From the NCBI RefSeq assembly GCF_018350175.1, contig NC_058368.1:79176001-79240000 (forward strand): a stretch of 64,000 nucleotides of DNA, given 5' to 3'. The notes under the pieces are model-generated. The model did no database searches and had not been told where the DNA came from. It saw only the letters and a program-made list of their open reading frames with translations. How positions within the stretch are numbered: position 1 is the stretch's first letter; each line of letters opens with the position of its first letter. This document shows positions 37,145-49,600 of the stretch, one piece after another. The position numbers were made by a program, and so were the translations under genes. Source of the DNA: Felis catus (lineage: Eukaryota).

Positions 37145-37977
37145 ACAAGTACGTTGCATGGTAAGGTGTTGTATGTATTATATTCTGTGGCATTTTGTTC
37201 ATAAGTCATTTTTGGCAAAGCTACACACACACATACATATGTGTTAAATATTAAAAATATATGCAGGTTTGTAAAAAATTAACATATGTGGGATAAAAGT
37301 ATTTCAAATTCAGCTCAGTTTTTGCCTTCTTTCAAAAAGGCTATTCTCTTCACCAGCACTCATTAAACACCTCCTCTCATAATTTTGGTTGTGTTTATAG
37401 CCAGTTAAGTGCTTGACTCTCTGGTAAATTGTATTGTTCCGCAATTACTTCTTGTCCATAAATCTGCTCATCCAGGTATTGAGATCTTCCAAGATCTCCT
37501 GCTCATCCAGGTATTGAGATCTCGCTCTACTTTCTTGTCTCCCCCATAGCCAGGCCTCCACCGAAAGGGGGAGAGACTCACTCTTCTGGAAGGTTTGGGG
37601 CTGATAGGTTGCAGGTCTACGCGAGATTTCCATGGTCACCGTTCAAGTCTCTATTCAGCGTCTCACTATGGACAATGTAGGTCTGCATTTCAGAGGAAGG
37701 GGACAGCAATTTGCCTGTTGGTCTCGCCCACCCTGAGATAATTGAGAAGTTAGGTGAAAAGTTGGAGTTGTTCATCTGTAATTGATCTGAAACCCTGCCT
37801 GTAGGGTCAGTAGTAAAGGCAGAGCGGTTGCTATGGGTATGAACATTTCTTGGAGCTTCACATTGACCCGGGCGATGATTTGCTATGTGCCCTGTATCCT
37901 GGGACTCTGTTTACACTGAACTAAGTGAAGTTTGGGCAAATACGTGGATAATATAATCAATACAAGTAATCAATACA

Positions 37978-38199
37978 GGGGCACCTGGGTGGCTCAGTCC
38001 GTTCAGCGTCCGACTTCGGCTCAGGTCATGATCTCACAGTCCGTGGGTTCAAGCCCTGCGTCAGGCTCTGTGCTGACAGCCCAGAGCCTGGAGCCTGCCT
38101 CGGATTCTGTGTCTCCCTCTCTCTCTGCCTCTCCCCCACTTGTGCTCTGTCTCCCTCTCTCTCTCAAAAATAAATAAACATTAAAAATTTTTAAAAAAT
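37978..38199 (+). mobile_element. Can-SINE
   Basis: Full body. Degenerate TSD agtaatcaataca (37965-37977) and agtaattgatgca (38200-38212). Confidence 0.96.
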
Positions 38200-38639
38200 A
38201 GTAATTGATGCAGTCCCCTCTCGGTAATGTTTTCAGAAAATGTCACTTGCTTTTAGCAGAAGGAAATGATGCAATCCCAGTCCCAGGACATTTTCCTTGC
38301 TATGCCAAGAGTCAAACATGTAATGGTAAAGCCAACATGCAAAAGGGAGACTCAACGACTTTGATTGAGCTTCTGGATCCAGCCATTCCTGAAGACTTTA
38401 CAATGATATAAATGGAATACTTTCTTTTGTTGGTTTGTTTCAGTCAGTTCAACTTGCATTTATTCATTAAAATTTGTTTAGTTTTTCTTACCCAAGAAAT
38501 AATAAGTGTCTGGCACAAAAAGGGTGCTGACAAATATACTTATTAATCAACTAATTGACTTCTGTTTACCCTCCAGAGTCAGCCACCTATATAATCATTG
38601 GACATGACACTCCAACCCTTCTATTAATCATCCAAAGTG

Positions 38640-39614
38640 CAAGGAGGGCTCAGAAAATGACTCTCCAGACAATCGTAGATTATGAAGATATTTGTGTCCA
38701 TGTGAATGCTCAACAAAGATTATTGTTAGAAGAAGAGATCTTAAGGAATCAGGTGGACAGATGATGTGATCCATCTGGGTGTATCAGTCAATCTGTTTCC
38801 CCAGCTACCCTCACTCTTACTCAATAGACTCATGAACAAAGTGACCATGACAGTAGGGATGGATGTTATGCATGGGTTCAGCTCTATGGACTTTCCTTCA
38901 CTGGGATTAATCTGACTTTAGCCACTACTGTGTACCCACTCTGCCAACAGACCAATCTCACTAATACGTAGCTGATAAAATTTTGCTTTCCTGTCTTTGC
39001 AGTTTTGGACTCTGACAATTTATTTATTTTTTTTAATTTTTGGCATTCATTTATTTTTGAGAGAGACAGAGACAGTGCAACTGGGGAGAGGCACAGAGAG
39101 AGGAAGACACAGAATCCAAGGCAGGCTCCAGGCTCTGAGCTGTCAGCACAGAGCCCAACACGGGGCTTGAACCCATGGACTGTGAGATCATGACCTGAGC
39201 CAAAGTCAGACGCTTAACAGATTGAGCCACCCAGGCACCCCTGGACTCTGACAATTTATAGGTCTTTGTGCCCAAAGAGGAATGCCTTCACTGGGGACCA
39301 CAATGGTTCCATAAACAGAAGGCAAGATGTCCTCTGGCCGGCGTAATTTCTCATGCCAGTGAACCAGCAAAGAAGAGGGTAACTGTACTGGCTAGAGTGA
39401 TCCGTCTTGATTATTAAGGGGAATTGGGTTGTTTCTACACAGTGGGGGCAAGGAAGAGTGTATCTGGGATGTTTCTGACCTCTCGCATGTCCTGTGGAGA
39501 AAGTTAATGAAAGACTTTAACATCTCATACAGGTAGGACTGCCAGTGTCCTGGACCCTACAAGAATGAATGTTCAGTTCACCCCACCAGGAGACGATCAG
39601 CTGAGATTCTTGCT
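38640..39614 (+). mobile_element. ERV-L internal fossil: RNase H end, integrase N-terminus, dUTPase
   Basis: Translates to HVNAQQR...EE..RNQVDR (RNase H C-terminus) and HEQSDHDSRDGCYAWVQ...PLCQQ (integrase zinc-finger remnant). Followed by gtaactgtactggctagagtgat...gattattaaggggaattgggttgtttctacac, like the dUTPase motif VTVLAGVIDPDYQGEIGLLLH. Contains stops and frameshifts. Confidence 0.85.
39024..39241 (-). mobile_element. Can-SINE inserted in the ERV-L
   Basis: Perfect 18-bp TSD tggactctgacaatttat at 39006-39023 and 39242-39259. Confidence 0.97.
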
Positions 39615-39849
39615 GGAAATCAGGCTTTGGATCCCGGCACAGCTGGGTCTTGGGGCTGGAGAGCTCTTCTTGAGCGGCCCCTCCCCGTGTGGTGGTGGGA
39701 CGCATGGTGTGTGCCCCCCAGGGGGACGCTCAGCATCTGTTCAGGATCTGCTCGAGGAGACACGAAAGCTGTGTTTGTGATGATCCTCCTATCGGGCAAT
39801 GACAAGACTGATGCTTCTAGAATCAGAAATAACCATGGGTGCATCTCTT
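39615..39849 (+). repeat. Dispersed direct repeat, copy B (partner at 30679-30905)
   Basis: See copy A. It lies between ERV-L internal sequence and the 3' end of an MLT2 LTR. Confidence 0.85.
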
Positions 39850-39985
39850 CTCTGGGTCTCCAGTCTGCTGGCCCACCCTGTGGACTCTGGACTAGACCCG
39901 CCATAATCGTGTGAACCAACCCCTTAAAATAAATCCTTGCCCCACTCTCTCTAGTACATCAAATGGCTATTCTGTTAGTCTCAAA
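39845..39985 (+). mobile_element. MLT2 LTR 3' portion
   Basis: ctgggtctccagtctgctggcccaccctg...ccataatcgtgtgaaccaaccccttaaaataaatc. Confidence 0.75.
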
Positions 39986-42934
39986 GTTCATAACAAGTCA
40001 TAACAGTTGGGCTGCTTCCTGATTAGCAAAGGAGGATACTGATGAATATTAATTTCTTGGCAGTTATGGTAAACAGGCGGTCTCTGGAGAACTTGAAAAT
40101 GGTTGGCTAATTCAGGATGAAATTCAGTAAATTTGAGAAAATAATGGACCAAATCAGTTATTTAGAGTCATGTGGAATCAAGAGGCCATCCCAATAAAGA
40201 CGATTTTCACTTGGTGTTTTTTTTTCTCTGTTTCTACCTGTGTAGACACAATCAGCATCCTTAAGTGGTCTCATACCTATCACTGAGGAAGGCACTTCGC
40301 ATGATGACACAGAGGCAACCAAAAAGACCAAAAGAAGCCATCCTGGTACTATTCCACGAATGGCTAATAAAAGGGGATAAAAAACCCAAACTCTTTTCTA
40401 ATTGGTGGAAACCAATGTTCTGAAAGCAAGGGAGAAAATAGAAGGCATGCATGTATTCCGCTTCGGAACACCATGGTTTGTCTGGAAAGTGATGCTTCAA
40501 AACTTGTTTGCTGTCATGTGGAGTCAGTCTCGTGGATTGCCATGTAGGGCTTCATTCATTGCCAAAAAGAAGGAGAGTTGGGGAGAAGCATTGATCGGTT
40601 CGTCAGGTTCCATTTCAATATACCAGGAGACCATTCACTTAGAACACCCACACTTACAAAGTGAGGTGTTAGCTATGGCCGAGGAGGGTGGAATATCACC
40701 CCTGCTTAACTGATCTCCAACTACCCCCCGCCCCCTCCCAGACTCTGGTATTACCACCGGAACTGGGTGCATATGAGTTCTAGGGGGAGGCAAGGCAGTA
40801 ACGACTTGTTAATGATGTCTCTTCCTCTGCTTGTGTTGAAATAGGAAAAAAAAATACTAAATGGAACTATTTAAAAAGCAAAGGAAATTGTGATGGACTG
40901 TAATTTGTCAATGTGTGTGTTGGGGTGGGGAAGAGAGAGAGGGAGGGAGAGAGAGGTTAAAAGTGGGGTATATCTGTGCTGCATATATTCTGTTAGTAAA
41001 AGGTACAGAAGTCAAATTTCTATACATTTGGAAACCATTATCTGTTCAAATGATAGAGCAAAAAGTGGTTGCTACATGGAAGCTGGTTCCAGGCTGTGCA
41101 GATAGCTGACATGGCCTAAATTATCAGCCCAAATGACAAATCCCCCCACCGAGCTTGGTGCAAGGGATCCTCACTTTTCGCCACTCTGCTCCCTAAAGAA
41201 GTCAATCCAAAGGCATAGAACATTTAGCAGACGTGGCCCAGGCATGGCCATCTGGCCCTGCAAATGGACATTGCCATGTTTTCTCCTCTAACCTAGTTGG
41301 TTCATACTTTCCTTGGGTTTCACTCCTGCATCACTGAGTATAATTTTAAATTGCAACATATTTTAGTGAGAAAAATGTGGTGTGTTCCCAACCTTGTGTC
41401 TAGTTAGTCGACTGGAGACTCAGTAGAGATCGCTTTTCTCACACACAACTGATGGCCAGTTGTTATCATGCACACAGATGAAAGTCGCTCTCTCACTGAA
41501 GGTTGTGTCCTTCACTTCCAGAATATAGTAGAAGCTTGCAAAGCGATTCCTTTCCCCAAATAAACCAAACCTGTTACAGAAAATTTGACTCTTCAGAGAC
41601 GAAAATTCAAAACAATTTTTATGATCCACTTTGGTTCGGTAAAAATGAATTGATCTCTTCTCCTTTCTCCAAACCCCTACACCAATCATTGTGTGTGTGT
41701 GTGTGTATGTGTGTGCGTGGGTTTGAAAGTCTTCAGTTCATCTGTATTTATTTCTATTTCGTAGAAATTAAGTTTTGATGAGCAAGTCCTCTTAGAGCCT
41801 AACAAAGCTGCCTCTCAAATTTCCCAAGCATTAATTTTGTTTAGCTAACGAATTAGTCAAATGGAAGCTGATAATTAGCTGGATGTCTCCACTTTGAGTG
41901 GAATGACGTAAAGAATGTCTGGGCTTCATTGTCTCCTCGGTGGGATTTGGGGTCTTAGGAGTGCAGAGCCCCACGGAGCCCCACGGAGCCTGTCCCCCAG
42001 ATGTGAATCCTCAGTGTGGAGCCAGGCCCTTCCTGCTCCACTGTAGAATCTTCCTCCAGTGTAGAAGCTTCATCTTATGGGATTATCTCAGGAGAAAATG
42101 AAAACAGACATGTGTCCCTGCAAATTAGTCTGGGATCAGGAGGGTATTAAGATAATTGTACTTTCACCAGGCTGCTCTAAATGGCTTCCACTGCCGCACG
42201 GCTGAGTGGACCATCAATGTCATTTGGGCTACAGCTCGAAAGTGCCCATTCCTGATGCCAAAAGTGAGTTAGACAGAACGACTTCAGAGAAAATAATATG
42301 CCCCTGATGGTCACTAACAAGAATAGTCACATGGGCTATTAGTTTTGAGAACTGCTTGGGGTGAGTCTGAATCATTCTGGCCTTTGGAAAGAACACTAAC
42401 TTCCCACACCCAGGGCTGTAGTTTGCACCTTAGAACCCTGGCAGAAATCAGGTTGTATCATTTGTTGAGAATTCTCCATTTATTTGTACATTTATGAGAA
42501 AAACTCAAACCCTTGATGAAAGAAGAAAACCACAAGAATGTGGCTTGAACGTTAGCTATGTATGTGCACCTTCAGATTCAGAAACAGAGGAAGATAGGGG
42601 AGGTGTTTGTTCAATATGTGTATGTCCGAAAGGAAAGGACTCTGTGTGCCTCACAGCAGCAGGGCAGTGTGTCCGTCCCTCCCCCAACATCTATCATAAA
42701 CCATTTGAATGTAGAAGCAATCAGATTAGTGTTTCTTCTCTCCACCCGGTCATATCCTCCCCCATCATTATCTCTGAAGGAAAGTTCCTGGGGAGCAGAG
42801 ACACTTGCAGTCTGGGCTGGATAACTACAAAAACTCCAAACGGTGAGACCTCCAGGTGGGACAACTTTCTCACGTCCCTGAAGTGTCAGGTCACCATGCA
42901 AGTCCTTGGAAAAGCCACCGATTGTGTTCTGATA

Positions 42935-43110
42935 GGCCCGGATTCCAAGCCTAGCCCTGCTGAGTAACCTTGGGCAGCATGCTCTTTTCTGAGGCTCAGT
43001 CCCTTCGTCCATAAAATAGGGATTAATACTCTTGTCTCAGAGTGTTGTGAAGGTTCGATGGCCATAGAAGGCTCTTACTTCTATGCCTAGCCCAGAGGAG
43101 CCACTCAGGA
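42935..43110 (+). mobile_element. MIR fragment
   Basis: gtaaccttgggcag...ctgaggctcagtcccttcgtccataaaatagggattaata. Confidence 0.7.
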
Positions 43111-43166
43111 AATGATTCCACCCATCAGTATATTTGGAGAAACCTCACATACAAAGTACCTGTTTT

Positions 43167-43379
43167 TGCGGTGCCTGGGTGGCTCAGTCGGTTGAGTGTC
43201 CGTCTCAGCTCAGGTCATGATCTCGTGGTTCATGAGTTCGAGCCCCGCATCGGGCTCTGGGCTGCCAGCTTGGAGCCTGGAGCCTGCTTCGGATTCTGTG
43301 TCTCCCTCTCTCTCCAACCCTCCCCCCGCCGTGCTCTCTCTCTCTCAAAAATAAATAAACATTAAAAAAATTTTTTTGT
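43167..43379 (+). mobile_element. Can-SINE
   Basis: Full body. Degenerate TSD aaagtacctgtttt / aatgtatctgtttt. Confidence 0.95.
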
Positions 43380-44874
43380 AATGTATCTGTTTTCTTCTCA
43401 ATGCATCAAAATAAAAACCCTTAGTTCTTCCTTCCAAACTAGTCTTCTTCAGAGAACTAGCCACAGAAAGTGAGGTGGCCTTACACAAAGTTACTGCAGG
43501 GGAATATCCACCAGTGTGAGAAGGACTCTTCATCACGTACCACAAAACGTGGAAAGCATGGAGTCAGGACACAGGCCGATCTGGAATCAGGGAGTCCACT
43601 GAAACTCTTACAGACAAGGCCACCAATCTTCTCAAGGCCCCTTCCGCATTTGTCGTGTGACCTGGTCTTGAAGAAGAATTAACTGTGAACTCCAAGGACC
43701 CAGAACTTCAGCGCTTCAGCTGCATGCTCACTTGTGGACATGAGATAGTTTGAAAGCTAAAGAATTCCGATTAGTAATCGGTGAATACCTAAGGCCTAGG
43801 CCTTCCCAAGGGTGGGAATCCGTACTGAAAAAAGAGAAGAGAGCAGAGGTACTGACAGTGTAGGAGGTTTCCTAGGAAACAGCGTCGTCAGGACGCACTT
43901 GGTTCTGTGACAGCAGCCACCTGGGTCTCTGAGGCTTGTTCCTCCTTCTCCTTGTCCATTTCAGGCCACTGGGGGCTCCCTGCTCTGGCCAGCCCGTTCT
44001 GACTGCAGTGGAGGAGGCTAGCCTGTGCTCGTGACCCAAGGAAAGGTATGCATCCTTCTGGGTCTTTCTTAACGACAACTGAACGCCTGGCCCGGCAAGG
44101 ACAAGGACATGTCTCTCATAACTCACTGACCACAGCTGCCAGGTGGCCCTAACTCCACCATGGGGAACCTTCCAGGTCCCCACAAGCGGGGGACAGGGGA
44201 GATTTAGCAAACAGCTCAAATAAGGCTGAAGCCCCTTTCCTGAGTACGATCACGCTGGCCTCAAGGCCACTGCTGCAAACAGATGGGCAAGCTTGGGGCA
44301 AGCACAGAGACCTTGGCAGGAAAACCAAGTTTTTGGTTGAGACTTGAGCAATCACGATGCAAAGTCCCAGTGTAGGGACACGTCCTGGGCGTCAGAAGAA
44401 AGATCTGCAGGCCCTACAGGAAAGATCTGGGTGACTTCTCTTTTGGGGAGGTGATGCGGGCCGAGCAGCACGCGGGAACCAAAAGGACCCCAGTGCCTCG
44501 GGCCCGTCACAGATACGTCAGCCCTGGGCAAACGTCACAATGACAAAACAGAGTTAACGGTGGTTTGCTTAGAGTATGGGGATCACCCTGGTGTGGCTCG
44601 TACTGCTCCCAGCATTGTCACTCACTGGGCATATTCCAGAGTTGATCAGAAATTGAAGGCAGAGCAAGGAAGCTAGGGACTGCCCATCAGACACCTCCAG
44701 AGACCCTAACACCTTCCTATTGGCAGGGCCATCTCACCATTCACCAGCTACAGGAACGCGATCATTTGAAGATTGATCATTTAAAGATCAATTTTGCATC
44801 TGTGATGCAAAATTACAACACCAAGCTGTCACACATGTCGTTAAAAATTGTGTCTTTTTTTTTTCCGGGGGGGT

Positions 44875-45097
44875 GGGCACCTGGGTGGCTCAGTCGGTTA
44901 AGCCTCTGACTCTTGATTTGGACTCAGGTCATGATCTCACAGTTCATGAGTTCAAGCCCCACATGGGGCTCTGTGCTGACTGAACGGAGTCTGCTTGGAT
45001 TCTCTGGCTCCCTCTCTCTCTCTCTGCCCCTTGTCTGCTTGCTCTCTGTCTCTGTCTCTCTCTCTCCAAATAAATAAACAACAAGAACAACAATGAC
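44875..45097 (+). mobile_element. Can-SINE (older subfamily)
   Basis: Head gggcacctgggtggctcagtcggttaagcctctgactcttgattt, CT tract and a decayed A tail. Confidence 0.95.
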
Positions 45098-45134
45098 AAA
45101 AAGGTGTGCATTTTCGTGTAAATACACCCTAGTG

Positions 45135-45325
45135 CAGAAGTTCTCAAAGTCTGGTCCCTAGGAGCAGTTTCAGTGCTACTCAGACACTTGCTAGAAAGGC
45201 AGATTGCCAGGCCACGGCCCCAGCCTACTGAACCAGAAACTCAACCCCGGGGAGGGGCGGGCAGCCTGTGCACCTCGTGTTTGCCCTATAGATGATTCTG
45301 GCACACGCTCAGGTGAGAACCAGTG
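45135..45325 (+). mobile_element. MER5A MITE
   Basis: gttctcaaagtctggtccc...cctactgaaccagaaactc...gatgattctg...gagaaccagtg. Confidence 0.85.
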
Positions 45326-45377
45326 CCCTAAAACACATTATTTTTGGATTAACTGAGATTTTCAGAGTTTATCTCCT

Positions 45378-45552
45378 ATAGTAGTTCTAAATCCTGGGTG
45401 AAATTAGAAATATCTGGAGAGCTTATTAAAAAAAAAATACACATGTCCTGGTCACGCTCCAATTCAATTTGCCGGGGACAGGACTCTGGCATCGTGTTTT
45501 TAAAAATGCTTCCCAGGGGCTGGTGTTTGTGCAGTGGAGGCTGAAAATCAAG
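45378..45552 (+). mobile_element. MER5B-like MITE
   Basis: gtagttctaaatcctgggtgaaattagaaatatctggagagctt...ttttaaaaatgcttcccagggg. Confidence 0.7.
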
Positions 45553-46641
45553 GAAGCCCAGCCCCTCCTTTTGCTGGTGAGCCAGAGGAGGGGGAGAGGC
45601 TGAGGGGCCCACGCCCTGAGCTGGCCCAGAGACCACCAGGGCCCCATGCCCACAGCACAGCGAGCCTCACGCGGAATCAAGGAAAACGCGTGCTGCGTTA
45701 TCGTGTAAAATCAAATCATCGATGCATCGTCTTCAAGATTCACGATCCGTTTGGGGCCTGCATGAGTCATAAGCAGGCATCTTTGCTAGTGCTCCAGCCC
45801 TTAATTAACGATCACCTTGCTTTCTCAGCCATCCTGGACTTTCTCGGACACACACAATCATTCATCTTGTGAGGCGACCCACCGCTGATGGGATAACGAA
45901 GCAAGAGACGCAGACACTGCGTGGAATCAGGCTTGTGTTGTCCACATCAGTAATAATGGCACAAACATCGCACTTCACGTACCGCGATCGTGGTCTTTTA
46001 AAAGTCAGAGAACGGATCTATTTCAGAGCCCAGTGATTCAACCGTTAGGTGTGACGTTCTTGCATTTTCTGGGTCAATTCAATTTTGTAAGAAGTACCGC
46101 ATAACCTTTTCTTGGATCCACATGTTGGCAGCGGCAGTGAAATGCTGTGTGGGGACCGCTGCACCCTGGGCACCTCGACCTGCACGTCCTGGCCCCGCCC
46201 CCTCCGCAGGTGCACAGCCAGACCAACAGGTGCCATGTAACTGCGGCTGGAGACCGCCACGCGGAAAGGCAGCCGGAAAACGAAGGCGCTGTTTTTCATC
46301 CCCAATGTCTATTTCTCCCCCTAAACACAAAAGAATGGTTTCCCAGACTGTCTCTTCTGTCCGGCATTTACAGGTTAGGATAATAGCTGAGAAGAACACA
46401 GAACTGACTGGAGGCCTCGGGAAGACGAAAGCACAATGCAAACAGCATGGTTTGATGATGTTTGCAGCCAGTATTTGCAAACCTGGGTTGTATTGTGACT
46501 TCCTGCAGCTCCCCACCTTCCCCCCTGCACTGGGTGTTCATCACAGGGGATGTTCCACAGCGGCTGCTGGCCTGGCAACCTGATCTCTTCCCCATTGTCA
46601 TGTGCTGGGAAACCATCAGCCTGTCTTGAAACAGGCTGGGG

Positions 46642-46655
46642 GTTACCATAGCAAC
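46642..46655. promoter_or_regulatory. Consensus RFX X-box
   Basis: gttaccatagcaac fits GTNRCC-N2-RGYAAC exactly. Binding not shown. Confidence 0.45.
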
Positions 46656-49600
46656 GCTACCCAAACCGCCAAGGAAGGAGGCTTGTGGGCTGGGAAACGT
46701 TGTCACTTCAACCCTGACTCGCCGGGTTTGGAACATGACTCTAAACAGACATATCAGAATACAAGAACCAGGGTTTCCAGAAGGGCGTGGAGCTCGGGTG
46801 TTATGTTTCCAGACACGGTTTAGAGACGTCCTGCGTGCATCAGCTCATCACAGAGGGCGCACAAAGCCACTTTCTGGAGCAGTTTGAAATTTGTAGAACA
46901 GGTGTCTGACCTCAGCTTTCAAAACCTCTTGAAAGCACAGGCCTGGAGGGGTTTGAGAAGCAAAACAGAGGACAGGTCAAGCCCAACTGTGTCCGGGCTG
47001 GAGTAAGGGCCCCTTTGAGGAAAGCTTGATGGGGTGACAGACTTGTATGTAGGCAAAAATGGGGCCTGGGTGTCTCTGCACCCTGGCCAGGGAGCCTCAC
47101 TGTCCTATAGGAGTGCCTGCAGCAAATCTTGGATTCTTCTGTCTTCACTGACAGCCCCCCCCCCCCCCCGGCCATCTGTCATTCCCAACTCACCAATACT
47201 TGATTTTCCCTCTGACGCTGTTACCAAATCGTCAACTGCAAGCTTCCAATGGTGCCTCTTAAGTCGTCCTGTCATGTGTCAGGAGGCTCTGGGCCGCTGG
47301 GTGAGGTGGAGAGCAGGGGGCCACCAGGCATGGCTCGGGCGTGGCTCGGCCGAGTCCTTGCTCCTCACATACCAGCTCCCTGAGCTAATTCCTCCAGAGT
47401 CCCTTTCCCTGCTTGGGACAACACCCACCCTGGAGGAATTAAGTCAGATAATGAACAGGACGTGTGTGACTGGAGTGGGGACTTGGGGCAGAGCTGTTCC
47501 TAGAGGCAGGATTGTAAGAGCCCAACAAAGATGACTGACCGCTTAGGCTCAGGCAAGGGAGGTCCCGTCATGGGCCTTACACAGGTCCTTGCCTGTCTTT
47601 GCCCCCCTAAAGGGACAAGATGCTGAATGGGCCAAGGGGACGCGGCGAAACAGTCTTGAGTTTGCTTCCCAGGCCTGTGAGCACACTCCGGCCCGTCCTC
47701 GTGAAGGTTTCTGCAGCTCCAGGTAGCCCACGGGGGGCTGTTTGTTGGGGGTCAGGGGGGTGGGTGGAATTGGACAGGCTGGGTGCCCACCCAAACACCC
47801 CAGGGGTGTGAGGGGGTTGGGCCATTCCCTGCCTCTCCCGGGTCTGGCTCTGAAATGGAAGTCTGAGCATTCCCAGTGCAAACCTGGTCTTTCCGGACAT
47901 TATCTCAATATGTGTGTCCAAGTAGACAGAATGCATCTTATTTAACTGTTTGCTGGTTGGATCTACGGCTTCATAATATTTATACAAATGGTGTGAAGGC
48001 GCCATTTGCATGTTGCGTTGGGTCCCGCAGCCATCCATGACGGTGTTCACACGCACAGGGTATACATCACACATAGGCACAGCATGTACATTAATGCCAA
48101 GAGACTGTTCTATGCAGCAATCACTTTGTGTGTGTGTGTGTGTGTGTTTAAAGGTTTTGTAAAACAAAACAAAACAAAACAAAACAAAACTACAACGATT
48201 GGCCAGGCAACATTGGAATGGATGTGTTATACACATGGTGATAAAATTGGAAAAGGGGTCAGAAGGGAGGGAGAGAGAGAGAGCTAAAATTCATTCCTGG
48301 TAACAACCTCATTCAAGTTTCCTTCTTTCCTTCTTTCTATCCAGCTATCTAAAATTTGTAATCCCAGAGGAAAATATGACAGCAATACACAGAGCTAAAT
48401 ATCCATGGTTTAATGACAACATGAAGACAGTCTAGTCTGGGAGTAGATGTTCCCTTTTATATTAGAATGCATTTGAATGGTTTTTCCACCCTGACCTTAG
48501 ATTGTCTACGTGTGATATGGATCCGCCCGGCAGAGATGAATTAAGTTGCACCGGGGAGGGATTTTCAGGAAGAGCAGGAGGCTGCCTAGGGCAGCACAAT
48601 ATTTCCTTGAGTCTGTGATGGGAGGGTCTGTAAGCTGTGAGGGGGTGGGCGCTTTTGTGGCTCTTTTTCCCCCATCTTGCCGAGGGCAGCAAATTCTCAG
48701 CACCACCCTAGGGTGTAGGAGGCATTTGAATATATTTACATCTCTAATTGAAACAGGGGAGGGAAGGGGAGAAGAGAGCATTTGTTTACTATTTCCTGTG
48801 CTTCTGATGAGCATTTAACTTTCTCTCTCTATCCCCACTGTCTTCCTGTGACATCTCATGGCTGGGAGAGGGGGTGACAGAGCCAGGCTTGTATGTAGGT
48901 GACATGAAGGTCACACGAGGGTGTGCCAACCCAGGCAGACCAGAGAGACAGCTGGCACTCCTGCCCACTCCCCTTTTCTTCCGCATCCCTCTCTAGAGAG
49001 TGTGGACAGCAGCACAACAATACGATCGACCTCCTGAAGCAGGTCCAAATGTGCACCTGGTCCCCACAGCTGCCAACACCATCTGTGCAGGATGTCAAAC
49101 TAGCTCAGGTTGTCTGGTCCTGAGGGAGGCTCGGTGAGACCAGCGCATTCCCGGAGCAGACCTGACTCCTTTGTAGCGCTCATTCACTTTGCGATGGAAA
49201 AGACTCATGTGTCTCAGTCCGGCCCGGGAGCCCAGGAAATAAACAAACCACACTGCGGCGCCATGTGCTATACAAGGAATGGAATGATCCAGAATGGGCA
49301 CCACTCAAATGCTGATTCTGTATTGTGTGTTCGGTGCTAGGTGAACCCCTCGCTTGCAAGTCAAATTCACCATAGTCACCATGAGACTACAGGTGACAGG
49401 CACTCAAGTTGCTTGGGGGACCTCAGGAGGCTTGGCCACTTGCTGGGAACCAACAGGTTTTAGGAAATACCGAGGTCAAGGGTCTTAAATTAGAGAAGAT
49501 CCTTGGGACAGTTGCTGGAATCCGTTGAGGACCTCAGGAGAAAGGCTTCTGATTGGAGGCTCCACGGCCATGAGCTGACCGGTCCTGCACATCTCTATCT

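Noticed and set aside
30623..39780. Similar peptides from the two duplicate copies (PAQLG.G.GEL.LSGPS) as paralogous exons
   Set aside because: The similarity follows directly from nucleotide identity. Many changes are non-synonymous, ORF ends differ and no shared splice sites are evident.
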